Source: Neocallimastix sp. 'constans' (Eukaryota). Taken from it: 64,000 nt of DNA. Positions 26,501-39,300 of the stretch are shown piece after piece. A program made the translations under genes and the position numbers. The notes beneath the pieces were generated by a model that did not search any database, was not told the origin of the DNA, and saw only the letters and a program-made list of their open reading frames with translations. Location of the stretch: NCBI GenBank assembly GCA_050613775.1, contig JBODTK010000013.1, positions 310,001-374,000 of the forward strand. The letters are read 5' to 3'. Position 1 is the first letter of the stretch, and every line of letters begins with the position of its first letter.

Positions 26501-29500
26501 ATTTGGCCCTTTTTAGATGTGAAAATAATGATAAAATATGTAAACAAACTTATGGTTATTTGGTTTCCAGTGATGTTGATGATGAAAAAATATATTATTC
26601 TTTTGCTGTTGGTGCTGCAAATGGGATTACCTTAGACAGTTTTGCTTCAGAACCAACCTGTGGTGATACAGATTTTGCAAAAATACAAAAAAATGGGGGA
26701 GAACTTTGTCTTAATAGTAGTATTAAACTTTCAATAAATGATAGTAATATTTATTCTATATCAACAGAAAAAGAAAGTATATTTTCCAAAGCAAGTACTA
26801 CTAAACAAAGTGTAATTGTTAGATCAAATGGTAGAGCCTTTTATTTGGATAATTATTACAAGGAAAAAGGAGTGAATCTTTTTGTTTCCAACACTAAAAG
26901 TGAAGCAACCTTGGTGACTGATGAAAGCATTAATAATGCTTTACTTTGTACATGTACTAGAGAAGGTATTTGTACGAACATTGAAGGCTATGTCAAACAT
27001 GATAATACATACTATAAAATTGTAGATAGTAATCAATCAACAAAAAATGGTCTAGTATCGGATGATAATTTTGGAACCAAATGCTCCACTAGTAATGATG
27101 GCTTAAAATTACTTTCCTATGGAAAACTTTGTCTCGGCATGGAAAGTATAGAATTCTTTTCGGAGGATAAAAAAGGATATTACATCGGTTTTTTAGGTGG
27201 TGACGCTAAATTTATACGAGCTATCAAAAATATATTTACAATAGAAGCCTTGACTGGTAATTAAATGAAAAATATATTTTTAAGCTTATACTTATTATTA
27301 GAATTTTTACATATTAAAAAAAAATGTTTTTAATAACTTCATTTAATGAAAAAAAATTATGAATAAAAATAATTTTTTATTATGATTAAAAATTCATATT
27401 TTTATATATATAATAAATAATTAATCAGAATTAATTTATTAAAAAATAAAATATATTATTATAATTTATTTATTGTTTTAAATTAATAAATAATAGATAA
27501 CGCTCTTTCGGATGGTGCAAATTTAGTAAATGTGGAGACTACATCTATTGTGACTACACCTGCAATTGCTGATATTACCCCAGTATTAAAGAACTTGTTG
27601 TATTTTAATTGCGATATGACTAATTCAGTTTGTAAACAAACTGTGGGGTATTTAAAAGCTAATGATGCTACTACTTCTAGTGGTTATTACGCTATCTATA
27701 ATTCCAGTGATTTTAATGATGAAGTTGCGTCGTTTTGTACATCGAATAATATAGAAGAAAACGGGAAGTTGACCAATGATGGAAAACTCTGTTCAGGAAA
27801 GGTTTCGATTGAATTGAATACATCAGCTTCAAATTATATTATATCTAAACCAAATGATTCTACTCCATTTAAAAGTAATAGTGGTGAAATTATTATAGTG
27901 AGTGCCACAAATACTAATATTATTCTAAATAATCTTTATGGCGATGCTGGACCAAATCTCATTAACAAAGAAGGAATGGTGGAATATAAATTATCATCAG
28001 GTATTGATGCTGATATAGTTGAAAAATTGTTGCTTTTAAACTGTGGAAGAAATGGTATATGCCTTTCAAATACCGGCTACATTACCGATGGTAATAAATA
28101 TTATGAAATAAAAAATAAAATTGAAGATAACCCTTCTTCTCTTAATAAAAATAAGGAATGCACATTCAGTGAGAATATTGGGGAAATTAATAGAGGACAT
28201 GAACTTGTCATCGATAATGATGAAAGTATACCATTTCTTTCAGATAATGAAAAAGCTGATTATGTTATTAAAGAAGGAACATTATTGATTCGTGCAATTC
28301 CTGGTATTTTTTCTATAGGTAATATTATCAATCCTCTAAATGAAATTGGATTATATGAGGTTATACGTGATAGTGCAACAGCTTTCAAATTACCAACTAT
28401 CTCAGATGAAATTGAAGAAGGATTAAGTAGTCTGGGATTGTATGATTGTGACGAAAATAAGATTTGTAAACAAACCTATGGTTATTTAAAATCTACCAAT
28501 AATGACCCTGGTTATTATTCTTTAAGTATTAATGGTACAACTGAAAGAATTGTACCAGATAGTACTTGTAATGAATTTGGTCTTATCAAGAATTGGAAAC
28601 TTTGCTTAAAAGATAATGATTCAATTGAAGTAACTAATGGTAATATATATATAATTGATGCCACTAAGGGTAGTGTATTCAGTGAAAGTACACCAAATTC
28701 ATATGTCATGTTGAAAGCAAAGTCAAATTCATTGACATTAAAAATTATGGATAATAGTTACCATGTCAGTAAAAATGATGGAAATGTTATCACAGCAGCC
28801 AGTGGAAGTGATCTTGAAAATTATAACGGAAGTGTTGGTATTTATGGATGTGAAAGAAAGTCAAGTACTTGTACATTGATATCTGGATATGCTATATTTA
28901 ACTCAAAATATTATATTTTTAAAGAAAATACATTAGGAGCCACTGAGTATACGACTATAAGTGAGATTGATTCTACAAAGCCTAACTACTGTCAAAACAA
29001 CATAGGACTTATTGTCACAGAATCAAGCAAATATTATCTTTGTTTAGGAGATGAAATTAGTGTTGAACTTTCTCAGGGTAATGATGGAAATTATATTGCT
29101 TTTGAGGCTGTGGCAACTGGAAGTCCATTAGAAGCTAAAAAAATGATTAAATATTCAAATGAAAGTTCTGTTAGTTATATTGTTAATGATAAATATTTTG
29201 AAGGAAAGGATAGAAATTATGTAATTAAAGTTCCAAATTCTAATCTTAGTCCTCAAGAAAATTACTATCTCTACCTTTCAGATAATGGTAGCTACTCTCT
29301 TAATGATGAAAGAAGTATTGGAGCATATAAACAATTGAATGAAGGAAATATCTATGAAGATATTTCTTCAGAACTTTCATGTGAAGATAGCGTTTATCTC
29401 TTCTTTTGTGAATCAGGAGAATGTATTGAAACTATTGGTTATATGAATATTGATAGCATAATGTATACAAATGATAATACATCTGGAAAATGGGAAGAAA

Positions 29501-32500
29501 GAGAAAAAACAAATAACTGTTCACCATTAGAATATAATTATGTTAGTTACGATGGCTCACAACTGAAGGTATGCATGAGAAATGATAATGGCAATGCATA
29601 TTCGGTAGTGGATCAAAGTAAGGATTATATGATAGCTATAGGATCAACGAATAGTTATCAAAAATTCATTGGTAATTCCGGATCATCAATCATTGGAAAA
29701 CCAGATGAAAAGGATGGCTATTATCTTATAAAAGAAAATATTATAATTACTGATACAAGCGAAGAAAGTAATATTATTGTCATATGTCAAAATTCAGAAT
29801 GTACTATCATAAAAGCTGAAGATGGTTATTATCCAGATGCTAATGGAAATGCTGTTATCCATTGTACAAGCGAAGGCGAAAATATTACCTGTAAATTGGA
29901 AATAGTAAATAAATCATCTACATTTATTGATGCAGGCGACACAAGTCATTTAATTTATTGTGAAGTGGATACTGATAATAAAGTTTATTGTTCTTCATTT
30001 GAAAGTAATGCAAGTGAAGAAAAGCAGGAACATTATGTAAGCGGTGATGAAAAACTTATAACCTGTACTTTCAATGGAGAGAAACCGGAATGTGTCATTG
30101 AAGGTAGTACTTTTAATGGATACTTTATAGATTCTGCACCACAACAAAGTACAGATAAAAAAATTATTAGATGTGCTGACCTTATTTGTGAAGAAATAAA
30201 AATAAGTGAATTAAATTTAACTGGACCTGGAAGTCTTAAAAATGATGCTGATGGTATTTCAATAGAAATCAATAAAAGTACTTCTATCAAAGTAGAAATT
30301 GGATGCGAAACAAGTTATCAATCCATTGATGTTGAAGGTAATGTATTCCCGGGGGTCCATGAAAAAAGTACAATTTCTGTTAAAATTGATAAAGACGGTA
30401 GTATTATTTATCTTGAAGATACTTCATTGGAAACTTGCGAAAGCAGTTGCACAAATGAAGTTTATTGTTGGGATTCTCAAAATAATAAAATTCAAACCGA
30501 AGTTAATCAAGTTTGTGAAAATATCAATGGAAAAAATCATGTAGAACTTACTGAAGCTGGAAAAGCCATTCTATTTTATGATAATAATGGAAAAAATATT
30601 GAAGAACCTACTATGAATACCCCAAATATGATGGCTTATCAGTGCACTTTTGTGGAAGGTGAGAATTTACCCCAAGAAAAATGTATCCTTGTTAAGGGAT
30701 ATCTTATATCTAAAGATAATAAAATTCTTCAATGTAATGGATGGAAGCGGGAAGGATGTACCATTGTAGAAAATTCAGGTCCTTGTGTTGATGGAGATGA
30801 AGGAAGATTAGGAGAAGGAGATAATGGTAAAGAGGTTTGTTTCGGTAAAAATTTAGGAGTTCCTCTTCCAACAAAAGAAGATGAAGTAAGATATGTAGCA
30901 TTTCAAGTTAATAATGTTAAAAATAATAATGTTAATGAAATTTACGGTAAGAATAAAGGAGAAATTGTTTTCCTTGCTTTAACTAAAAATTCAGTATTAG
31001 TAGCAGAAGACTCTGAAGCCATTAATGAAGGTATATATTTGAATTGGAGTGCTAAAAGCTTAGATGATGGTTTAATTGATTGTACTGTAAAAGGTAGTAT
31101 TGAAGAATGTGATATAAAAGCTGGATTAGGATATTATCTTGATGTTAGTTCTTTATTTAAAAAAGCGGAAAAACAAAGAAAAAGAAGTAATGAAAACGAT
31201 TCCTATAATTGGTTAATTAAATGTGAAAAAGGAACTAAATGTCAATTAATCTCACTGAATAAAGGTTATTATATAAATGCTGATGTTTCAAATGAGCTTC
31301 CTAAAGCATTAATTAGATGTCCTGATGAAACATATTGTATTGCTTATGATGGAAATCCAAACGATATATATATAAATAATGATGATAGTAAGCTTATTCA
31401 ATGTAACTCGGATAAATGCTTAAGTGTTACTGAAAATACAAATATGTTAGGTAATAGTAATATTCCTACTTATTTTAAAAATGCTGACGAAGCGGCTGAT
31501 GATTCATCTATTCTGATTAAATGTTCAGGTACTTGTATAACAATATCAGCTGAAAGTAATAGTGTTTTTCTTAATGGTAACCTTAAGGTAGATATCACAA
31601 ATGATAATGGTGAAAGTGGAAAACCTTTAATTATTTGTTATAATAAAAGCTATAGCGGAACAGATGCTTCCTCAATAGAATGTAAAACTTCAGAAGCAGA
31701 AGGAGCTGAGAGCTATTATATTAATGCTGGAGATTATATAAGTAATAATAATAAAAAATTACCCCTTATTAAATGTGAATCAAATAGTGAATGTGAAAGT
31801 AAAGAAGCAATTATTACTAATGAAACTTCTGAAGTCTTTTATATAAATAGTAATTATGGTGAAGAAAAAGATAGTGAAAATTATTTGATTAAATGTACAT
31901 CCGATACGGAATGTGAATATTATAATAATGACAAAGCCGATGACAATACAGAACATTATGTTCATGGTGAAGCTGAAGGAATTAAAAATGCTGTAATTGA
32001 ATGTAATATGGAAGAAATAACGGTTAATGGGGAAGAAGAAAAGAAATATAAAGCTTCTTGTAGATTAATTGAAGATCCGTTATCAAAAAATGTATATATA
32101 AGTACTTATAATCAAAAGCAAATTATTATATGTTCTAACACTGAATGTACTGCTCAAGATAATGGTTCAACTCCAAAGAAAACTGAATATTATATTAATA
32201 CAGATCCAGAAAATAAAATAAATTCTCTTATTAAATGTTCATATAATGATAAATGCGTAACGGTTGAAGAATATGATGAATTTGAAAACGAAAATCAAGT
32301 TTTTTTAAATTCAAACTTTGGTAAAGCTGATGATGAAAATCAACTTATTAAATGTGAAGACGGTAGTTGTGAATTAACTAAGAGTGAAGCTACATCAGAT
32401 AAGCCAGAATATTACTTTAATTCAGGAGATTCGGATACTTCTGGTGACTATCGAGGTGATGTCATTGAATGTATTGCAAATGAAGATAACAAAGTAACTT

Positions 32501-35500
32501 GTGACTCAATAACTTCGAATGAAGGTAGTGTTTACATTAATGCCAATTATAATAATGATAAAAATGAAAATCAACTTATCATCTGTGAAAATAAAGTATG
32601 TAAAGAAAAATTAATTGAATATACCGACAAAAAAACTGAATATACATTTGTTAATGCTGGAAAAGAAAATGAAGGTGGCATAATCAAATGTTATAAAACA
32701 ATTAATGAAGGAAAATGTACAGTTAGTGAACTAGGTAAAGAAGAAACTTTTATTGATGATAATACTGGTCAGTTGATTGTTTGCGATGAGAATGGTTGTA
32801 AACCAAAATCTACAGGTGCTTCAACAGATAGTAATGAATATTATTTGAGTGGAGAGGAAATAATTAAGTGTGAAGTTATTGATGGCGAAAAAATTTGTAA
32901 AAAAGTAGTACCTATTCCTACTATTGATGATGGGGTATTTATCGATTCATCTAATCCAAATCAAATCATTTATTGTGATGGTAATAAATGTTATTCTAAG
33001 CCATCCACTGCTGATGATGATAAACCTCAGTACTTTATTAATGGTGATTCTGATAGTGATTTGATAGAATGTAGAAAGAATGGAGAAAAAATAACCTGCA
33101 AAGCCATTAATGGTAATGATGGTGATGTTTTTTTAAATGGAAGTTATCCAGAACCCGATCAAAATAATCAAGTTATTAAATGTAATTCCGCAACATGTAT
33201 AGCCACTACCATATCAGGAGGTTCTGTGGATTCTGATGAAAATCCTCAATATTTTGTAAATACTGGAAATAAAAACAGTAATAAGATGAAAGATGCCTTA
33301 ATTGTATGTGTGAAGTCAGTTTGTGAATTACAGGATGGTAGTATAAACGATGTGTATGTTAATAGTGATGAGGAAACAAAGAATGATAAACCTTTAATTA
33401 AATGTGAAAAACTTGGATGCAGTATAGGTAGTAGTGGTGCCACCAAAGGTAATAATGAAATTTACATAAATGCTGGAAAGGATGAAGGAACTTCATCTGA
33501 TAATACCTCTTCAAAAAAAGGTATTATTGAATGCTCTATTGATTCAAGTAATAAAAAAGTGACATGCATTGTGAAGAAATCAGAAGAAGTTCAAGAGGGT
33601 CTCTATCTCAATTCAAATTACTCTGAGACCGGTGATATCAATCAAATGATTAAATGTACTGAAGAAGATGGATGTACAGGAATAACAATGACGGAGGGAA
33701 TAGATACAGAATATCATGTAAATGGCGAAAGCACTGGTCTAGAGAATGCCATTATAGCCTGCACGAATACAAAATGTGAGAAGCAAATGCCAACAAGTGT
33801 CCCGTCCTATTATGTAGGAAAAGATGAAAATGGAAATCAAGGGTTAATCGAATGTGTAGAAACGACAATTTCCAATCGAAGAAGATCCATAAGAAGTAAT
33901 ATTCAAAAATGTACTTGGAGGCCGGCTTTCAATTCTGAAGGGTATTATTTAAATAATGGATATAACAAGTTATCCTATCCATTGATTCAATGTGATTCCT
34001 CTGAAGGTTGTAATCCAGTAGAGGCAGAAATTGGATACTATGTTAATGCTGGTAATTCACAGAAACCTGTGATTGTTTGTGAAAGAGAAAATAATGAGTG
34101 TTATGAAAGGGAGTCTCCTATCTGTCCAGAGCCAGCAATGGCAGCTCCAGGAAATTATTGTTATGAAGATGGACAATTGAAGTTCTTTAAATCTAATGAT
34201 TCTGCTGCTGTCTATGCCTCTAAAAATAAAGATATTTTCGTATCTGCAACAATTTCAAAGAATGGATTCCCAGGAATTCGAAGTTCAACATTTGCTTTAT
34301 TTAAAGTCTCGTATTACTCCATTAATCGCTATTACAAAAGTGGCTCCATTATTGTTGATAAGAATGGTAATGTGGTCGATTCCATGGATGGGGATCAATC
34401 GGGTTATACGATCTATACGTGTGATGAAATTACGAAAGTGTGTACTAAAAGTAAAGGTTGTTCCCCCAACACCTATTTCTATGATGCCATCAATAAAAAG
34501 GCCATTCATTGTAATGAGGAAGGAAAAATGGAATACACTGATGAGGATGGGTATGTGATTGATGGTTCAGGTGGATCGAAGACATCTATTATTATTTATT
34601 GTGATAAGGATGGTGAAAACTGCTATATTATTAATCCTAACCAATCTAACGGTAACGGTCACGGTGGCCGTGACAACAATGGTAGCAATAAAATACCAAA
34701 AACGGTGTATTATACAAATGGTAATAACTTAATAAAATGTACCAATGGTATTTGTGTAAAAGTAAGTGTTAAGCCAGGGAATTATTTAGGTTACGGAGAA
34801 AATGGAATACTTGGTATTATTCATTGTAACGCCAATAATGAATGTATCTTCATTTATCCTGATAGTGGTGTCAAATATTTAAATTCTGGTTCTGATCGAA
34901 ACCTTTATCCCCTTATTGAATGTACCCTCAATGAAGGATGTTATGTAACAGAAGGTAATCCCGGATATTATCTCACTTCCTCGAGTAAGACTTTAATATT
35001 TTGTAAAAGTTTCATAACTTGTTACGAAATAAATCCCATGGAACACTACTATTTCAATGCCGACTGTACAGAAGAAAATAACACCATCATTAAATGTGTG
35101 GAAGCCGGTAATGTGATTTCATGTTTCCTTGAAGATGCCCTCAATGGTTACTATTTGACGAATGAACCGGATAAATTAGTACATTGTCGTATTGGAAACA
35201 GATGTAAAGAAATTCGTGTTCATAATGGTATCTTCCGAGGAGCCCTAAAAGGAGAAGTTTCCATTAAACGACGTTCTGAATTTGAAAAAGATCTTCAATT
35301 TGAGATTAGAAATTCTTTGAATAAAGAGCATTCTAAAACAAAGAATGAATCACTAGAGGTTAATGATAATTCAGAAAATATAATTGACACTTTTAAAAAT
35401 AAAGAATTGAAAGAAGAAAGTAAAATCTTTAATACTAGAGACACCAATGATGTCTATGATATTATTCGTTGTGTGGAAGGTAAATGTGCTGCTTTAACCA

Positions 35501-37254
35501 TTAGTGAATTGGCTGCTGTGCCCATCTGTGAATTCAGTAATAATAAATGCTATATCACACTCGAGTATTCCATGACGAAAAAAGCGACAAGCTCGATTGA
35601 GGCTGGTGATTTCTGTACGAATAGTGACCATTCCATTCTCTATTTTGCCACCGATACTATTGTAGTGAAACCGAATATTATTTCTGGAAAAACAGCCACC
35701 TACGTCTATACGACCTCCACCACCAATTGTCTTGAAGCCAACGATTCCTATCACGATAAGTATTATGCAGAGAAATCTAGTATCTATACCCTCGATATTG
35801 ATTGTATTATTCAAATCTACGAAACCGCCTATATCTTTTTGAATAATAAAGAAAACAGAATTGTAAGAAACCGTGATATTGATGAATACAATAATAGCAA
35901 TGTTGAATTGTATCGTTGTAAAGGAAGTCATTGTCGACCTGTTGATGCTCTGAATACTATTACCTATATTGCTGACATTAATAAGAGAATCCTGAAATAT
36001 GATGTAAATAACAAATTGTATTCGTTTGTCTATGACAAGGATATTATTTGTATCTTCAAAGATAATAAATGCACCCCCAATGCTGATATGAAGAAGAATG
36101 AATTCTGTATCACTTATAAGGGAGAACTTGTTCTAGCCCAATCCTCTATTAAAAATCGTGAAACTGGAGAATGTTACCTCTCTGAAGGTATTAATTCTTA
36201 CATCTATGGCTATGGCTTCTCTCAACACCTCTACCATATGAATCAATTTACAGCTCAAATGGTTGATCAAACCGGATACTACATCATTAATATGTTTACA
36301 AATAACACAATCGAAAGAATTACCTATCTCTCCAAAAATATTAATCTTGTATTGTATGCCTGCACGCATTCTTCCTGTCATATCTATGAACCTCATGAAG
36401 ATACATATTATTATGACTCCCAGGCTAAAACCATTTATAGATATAAAGATGGGGATTATAGCTTACCAAGTACTTCAGGTTATGCCTATATCTCCGTTGA
36501 TCCTACTCAAACTTACATTTATAAGTTTGTGAAAGCAGAATCAGATGAAATAAAGATACAAGCCATGGCCAACGACGGTTATTACTACACAATAGATAAA
36601 GAAATGTATTACTGTAATCTAGGTGAGGACTATAACTGTAGTCCTATTGATGAAACTGGCTACTACATAACGAATACAGGTGCTACTTACTACTGTATTC
36701 ATGATTCTGAAGAGTTGGAAGCAACCGAATGTACAAAGCAATTCTGTATCAATGGCCAATACTATTATATTGAGGAGACTTATTATCGCTGTGATAGTCA
36801 TTCCAATTTCGTTCCAATGAAATCACGGTACTGTTCCTACGATGAAAATGTCGTCATTAATTTCCCGCTAGCCCTAATAGAAGAATTACCAGGAAATGTT
36901 AAACAGGCTGTTAAGGATATTAGTAGGCATAACAACTCTACAGCAGTATCTTATCATCGTGGAAAGAATTATTTAAAATCAATTAGTGGTATATTTACTA
37001 ATTGTACATACAACGAGGAAGAAAGTACCTCCATGTTTGATTTGGTCTGTATCAATAACTATGTTGATGTTGATAAAGAAACGGATGAAGTTAAAATTTG
37101 TTCTATTGAGCAACTTGGCTATGTGGAATGTATAGAAAATGAAGAAAATCCAGAAAAATGTAATATAAGTAGTGATTCCAAATCAATAATACCATCTATA
37201 GTTATGATCATATTTTTCATTTTAATATCAGTAATCATCATCTTCAACTTATAA
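17479..37254 (+). CDS. Giant secreted Cys-repeat protein, fungal cellulosome scaffoldin-like (ScaA-type), 12 exons, ~5,255 aa. join(17479..17501,18531..18577,18757..19488,19577..20554,21149..21979,22238..22690,23220..23600,23954..24802,24959..25402,25662..26045,26369..27256,27497..37254)
   Basis: All introns are GT..AG and the joined exons (15,768 nt) keep one frame. N-terminus MLGWKYFCLFYLLLLYQLQYALA/AG is signal-peptide-like. It is followed by ~280-aa Cys repeats (C..QTYGY / C..GIC..GY), then dozens of (G)YYxN..LIxC..C repeats, then a hydrophobic C-terminus. Family assignment comes from recalled scaffoldin architecture, not a search. Confidence 0.85.
18531..18577 (+). CDS. Scaffoldin exon 2 (signal peptide core LFYLLLLYQLQYALA)
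   Basis: aaatAG acceptor, GTAAAT donor, hydrophobic core plus A-x-A cleavage motif. Confidence 0.8.
18757..19488 (+). CDS. Scaffoldin exon 3 (732 nt, phase 1-1)
   Basis: ttatAG/GTATAA; in frame with ORF 18855; Cys-repeat peptide. Confidence 0.85.
19577..20554 (+). CDS. Scaffoldin exon 4 (978 nt, phase 1-1; A+B modules)
   Basis: atatAG/GTAAGC; in frame with ORF 19738. Confidence 0.88.
21149..21979 (+). CDS. Scaffoldin exon 5 (831 nt, phase 1-1; A+B modules)
   Basis: catAG/GTAATA (an alternative same-phase GT lies 3 nt upstream); in frame with ORF 21418. Confidence 0.85.
22238..22690 (+). CDS. Scaffoldin exon 6 (453 nt, phase 1-1; A module)
   Basis: ataAG/GTAATT; in frame with ORF 22393. 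Confidence 0.85.
23220..23600 (+). CDS. Scaffoldin exon 7 (381 nt, phase 1-1; B module)
   Basis: aatAG/GTAAAT; in frame with ORF 23402. Confidence 0.85.
23954..24802 (+). CDS. Scaffoldin exon 8 (849 nt, phase 1-1; A+B modules)
   Basis: tttAG/GTAATT; in frame with ORF 24115. Confidence 0.85.
24959..25402 (+). CDS. Scaffoldin exon 9 (444 nt, phase 1-1; A module)
   Basis: ccaAG/GTAAGT; in frame with ORF 24982. Confidence 0.82.
25662..26045 (+). CDS. Scaffoldin exon 10 (384 nt, phase 1-1; B module)
   Basis: aatAG/GTAAAT; in frame with ORF 25607; clear paralog of exon 7. Confidence 0.85.
26369..27256 (+). CDS. Scaffoldin exon 11 (888 nt, phase 1-1; A+B modules)
   Basis: aatAG/GTAATT; in frame with ORF 26419. 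Confidence 0.85.
27497..37254 (+). CDS. Scaffoldin exon 12 (9,758 nt terminal exon): short Cys repeats and C-terminal membrane/GPI anchor
   Basis: aatAG acceptor; in frame with the 3240-aa ORF; ends IIPSIVMIIFFILISVIIIFNL*. Confidence 0.93.
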
Positions 37255-37783
37255 TAGATAGATAATAAAAATATAAACATTAAAAATATAAATATATATT
37301 ATGTGTTTATCTAAATTTTTATCGAAATTTTTAATATTAGTAAAAAAAAAAATTTACTTGAATTAATTTTCTATTTAAAAATTAATAGAATAAAATTTAT
37401 CCAGGTATTAAACAAAAATGTAATTCCTTTTTTTTTTTTTAATTACATTACTAATAAGATTAATCTAAAATTAAATATATTAAGATATTTTACTATTTAT
37501 TATTATTTCAATTTATAATCTTATATAAATATCTTTATATATTTAAATATATAAATTCTTCTATTAATGGAAGAAAATATATATTTAATAATAATTCATT
37601 TTTATTTTTTTATTTTTATTATTTTTTATTTTTATAAATATATAATTATAATTTCTTAGTAATAATAATTAAAAGTAAATATAAATATCATAAATAAAAA
37701 AAATAAAAAAGGCAAATAATATATAAATTAAAATATATAAAATAATTTAATAAATAATAAATAGTTTTTTTTTTTTTTTATTT

Positions 37784-37822
<39 letters not shown>

Positions 37823-39059
37823 TAATACAATAAGAAATTTTTATTTAATAAATATGATAAAATATAAATGTATAAAATAAAATATATAAATCATATTTAT
37901 ATTTATAAAATAATATATTTATTATTTATTAATTATCTTTTATTATAAAAATTTATATATTTCATATATATATATAATAATTATTTATTATTATTAATTA
38001 TCGTTAGAGTATAAAAAATAAATATTTATTAATGACATTAATATAATTTATCCAATTAGAATAATATATTTAAATAAAATATATAAAAGAAAACAAAATA
38101 TAACTTTAATAAATAACACATATATTTTTATAATCATAAAAAAAAATATAAAATAAATGAAATTAAATATGAAATATTATATATAAAATGTTATAGTAAA
38201 AATATATCTAACTTTCTTAATATTTTTTGGTGTTTAATAGATTAAGAGTCTTACCTTACAACTGAGCTCAACTAAAAGTTAAGTTATAATTTATATAATT
38301 ATTATATATAAATATATTCATCTTATAAATTAATTGAACAAACACTTTCTTATTTTTAATATTCAACATTATTTTTTTTAATTTTTATATTTATCAATAA
38401 AAATTTCTTATTTTTAATATTCAACTTTATTTTTTTTATTTTTATATTTATCAATAAAAATTTCTAACTTCGAATTAGCAAAGAAGTATTATAATTAATT
38501 AAAATCTTTATAATTAATTTTGTCTTATTCATAATAGCAGTATCAAAATATATTATAAGAAATATTTTAAAATAAATTCATGAGGAATTAATGCAATTTA
38601 AAAATATCATAATTCATTGTAAACAAAAAAATAAATACGCATTTATATATATATTATAGTCAGTCAATTATAATTTGAACTGGAAAATAATATAATCAAT
38701 TAAATTATATCTTGAACTAAAAAAAAAAAAAAAAAAAAAATAAAATAAAATAAAATAAAATAAAATAGTAAGTCAAATTATAATTTGAACTGAAAAATAA
38801 TATGGTCAGTTAAATAATTAATTTTAATTGACAAATAACATGGTCAGTCAAATAATTAATTTGAACTGAAAATACTATTATTAATTATTAATAATTAAAA
38901 TATAAATATTTATATCATACAGTTAGTAATAAATTAAAATTATCACTCAAAAAACAAATATATTTAATTTCAATATTAATAAATATATATCAAATATTAA
39001 TACTTTTTTAACATATAAAGCCAATAATATTAGTGCTTAATTAAAATTAATATTAAATG

Positions 39060-39300
39060 TATTAATCACCAAAAAGTATTGAGAAAATTAGATATATTTT
39101 TACTATAACATTTTATATATAATATTTCATATTTAATTTCATTTATTTTATATTTTTTTTTATGATTATAAAAATATATGTGTTATTTATTAAAGTTACA
39201 TTTTATTTTCTTTTATATATTTTATTTAAATATAATAGTGTTCAGATTGGGTAAACTATATTAAATTTATTATTACATATTTATTTTTTATATTCCAACA
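39060..39300 (-). mobile_element. Solo LTR of the Copia-C/D family, antisense, in the Copia-C leader
   Basis: Reverse-complement match to the host LTR; TSD AAATG on both sides; Copia-D shows the empty site (single AAATG at ~62181). Confidence 0.9.

Noticed and set aside
27532..37254. 3240-aa ORF, and the upstream ORFs, as separate genes
   Set aside because: Several start at GTG/TTG, none has a signal peptide, and each is bounded by in-phase AG/GT sites; they are exons of one gene
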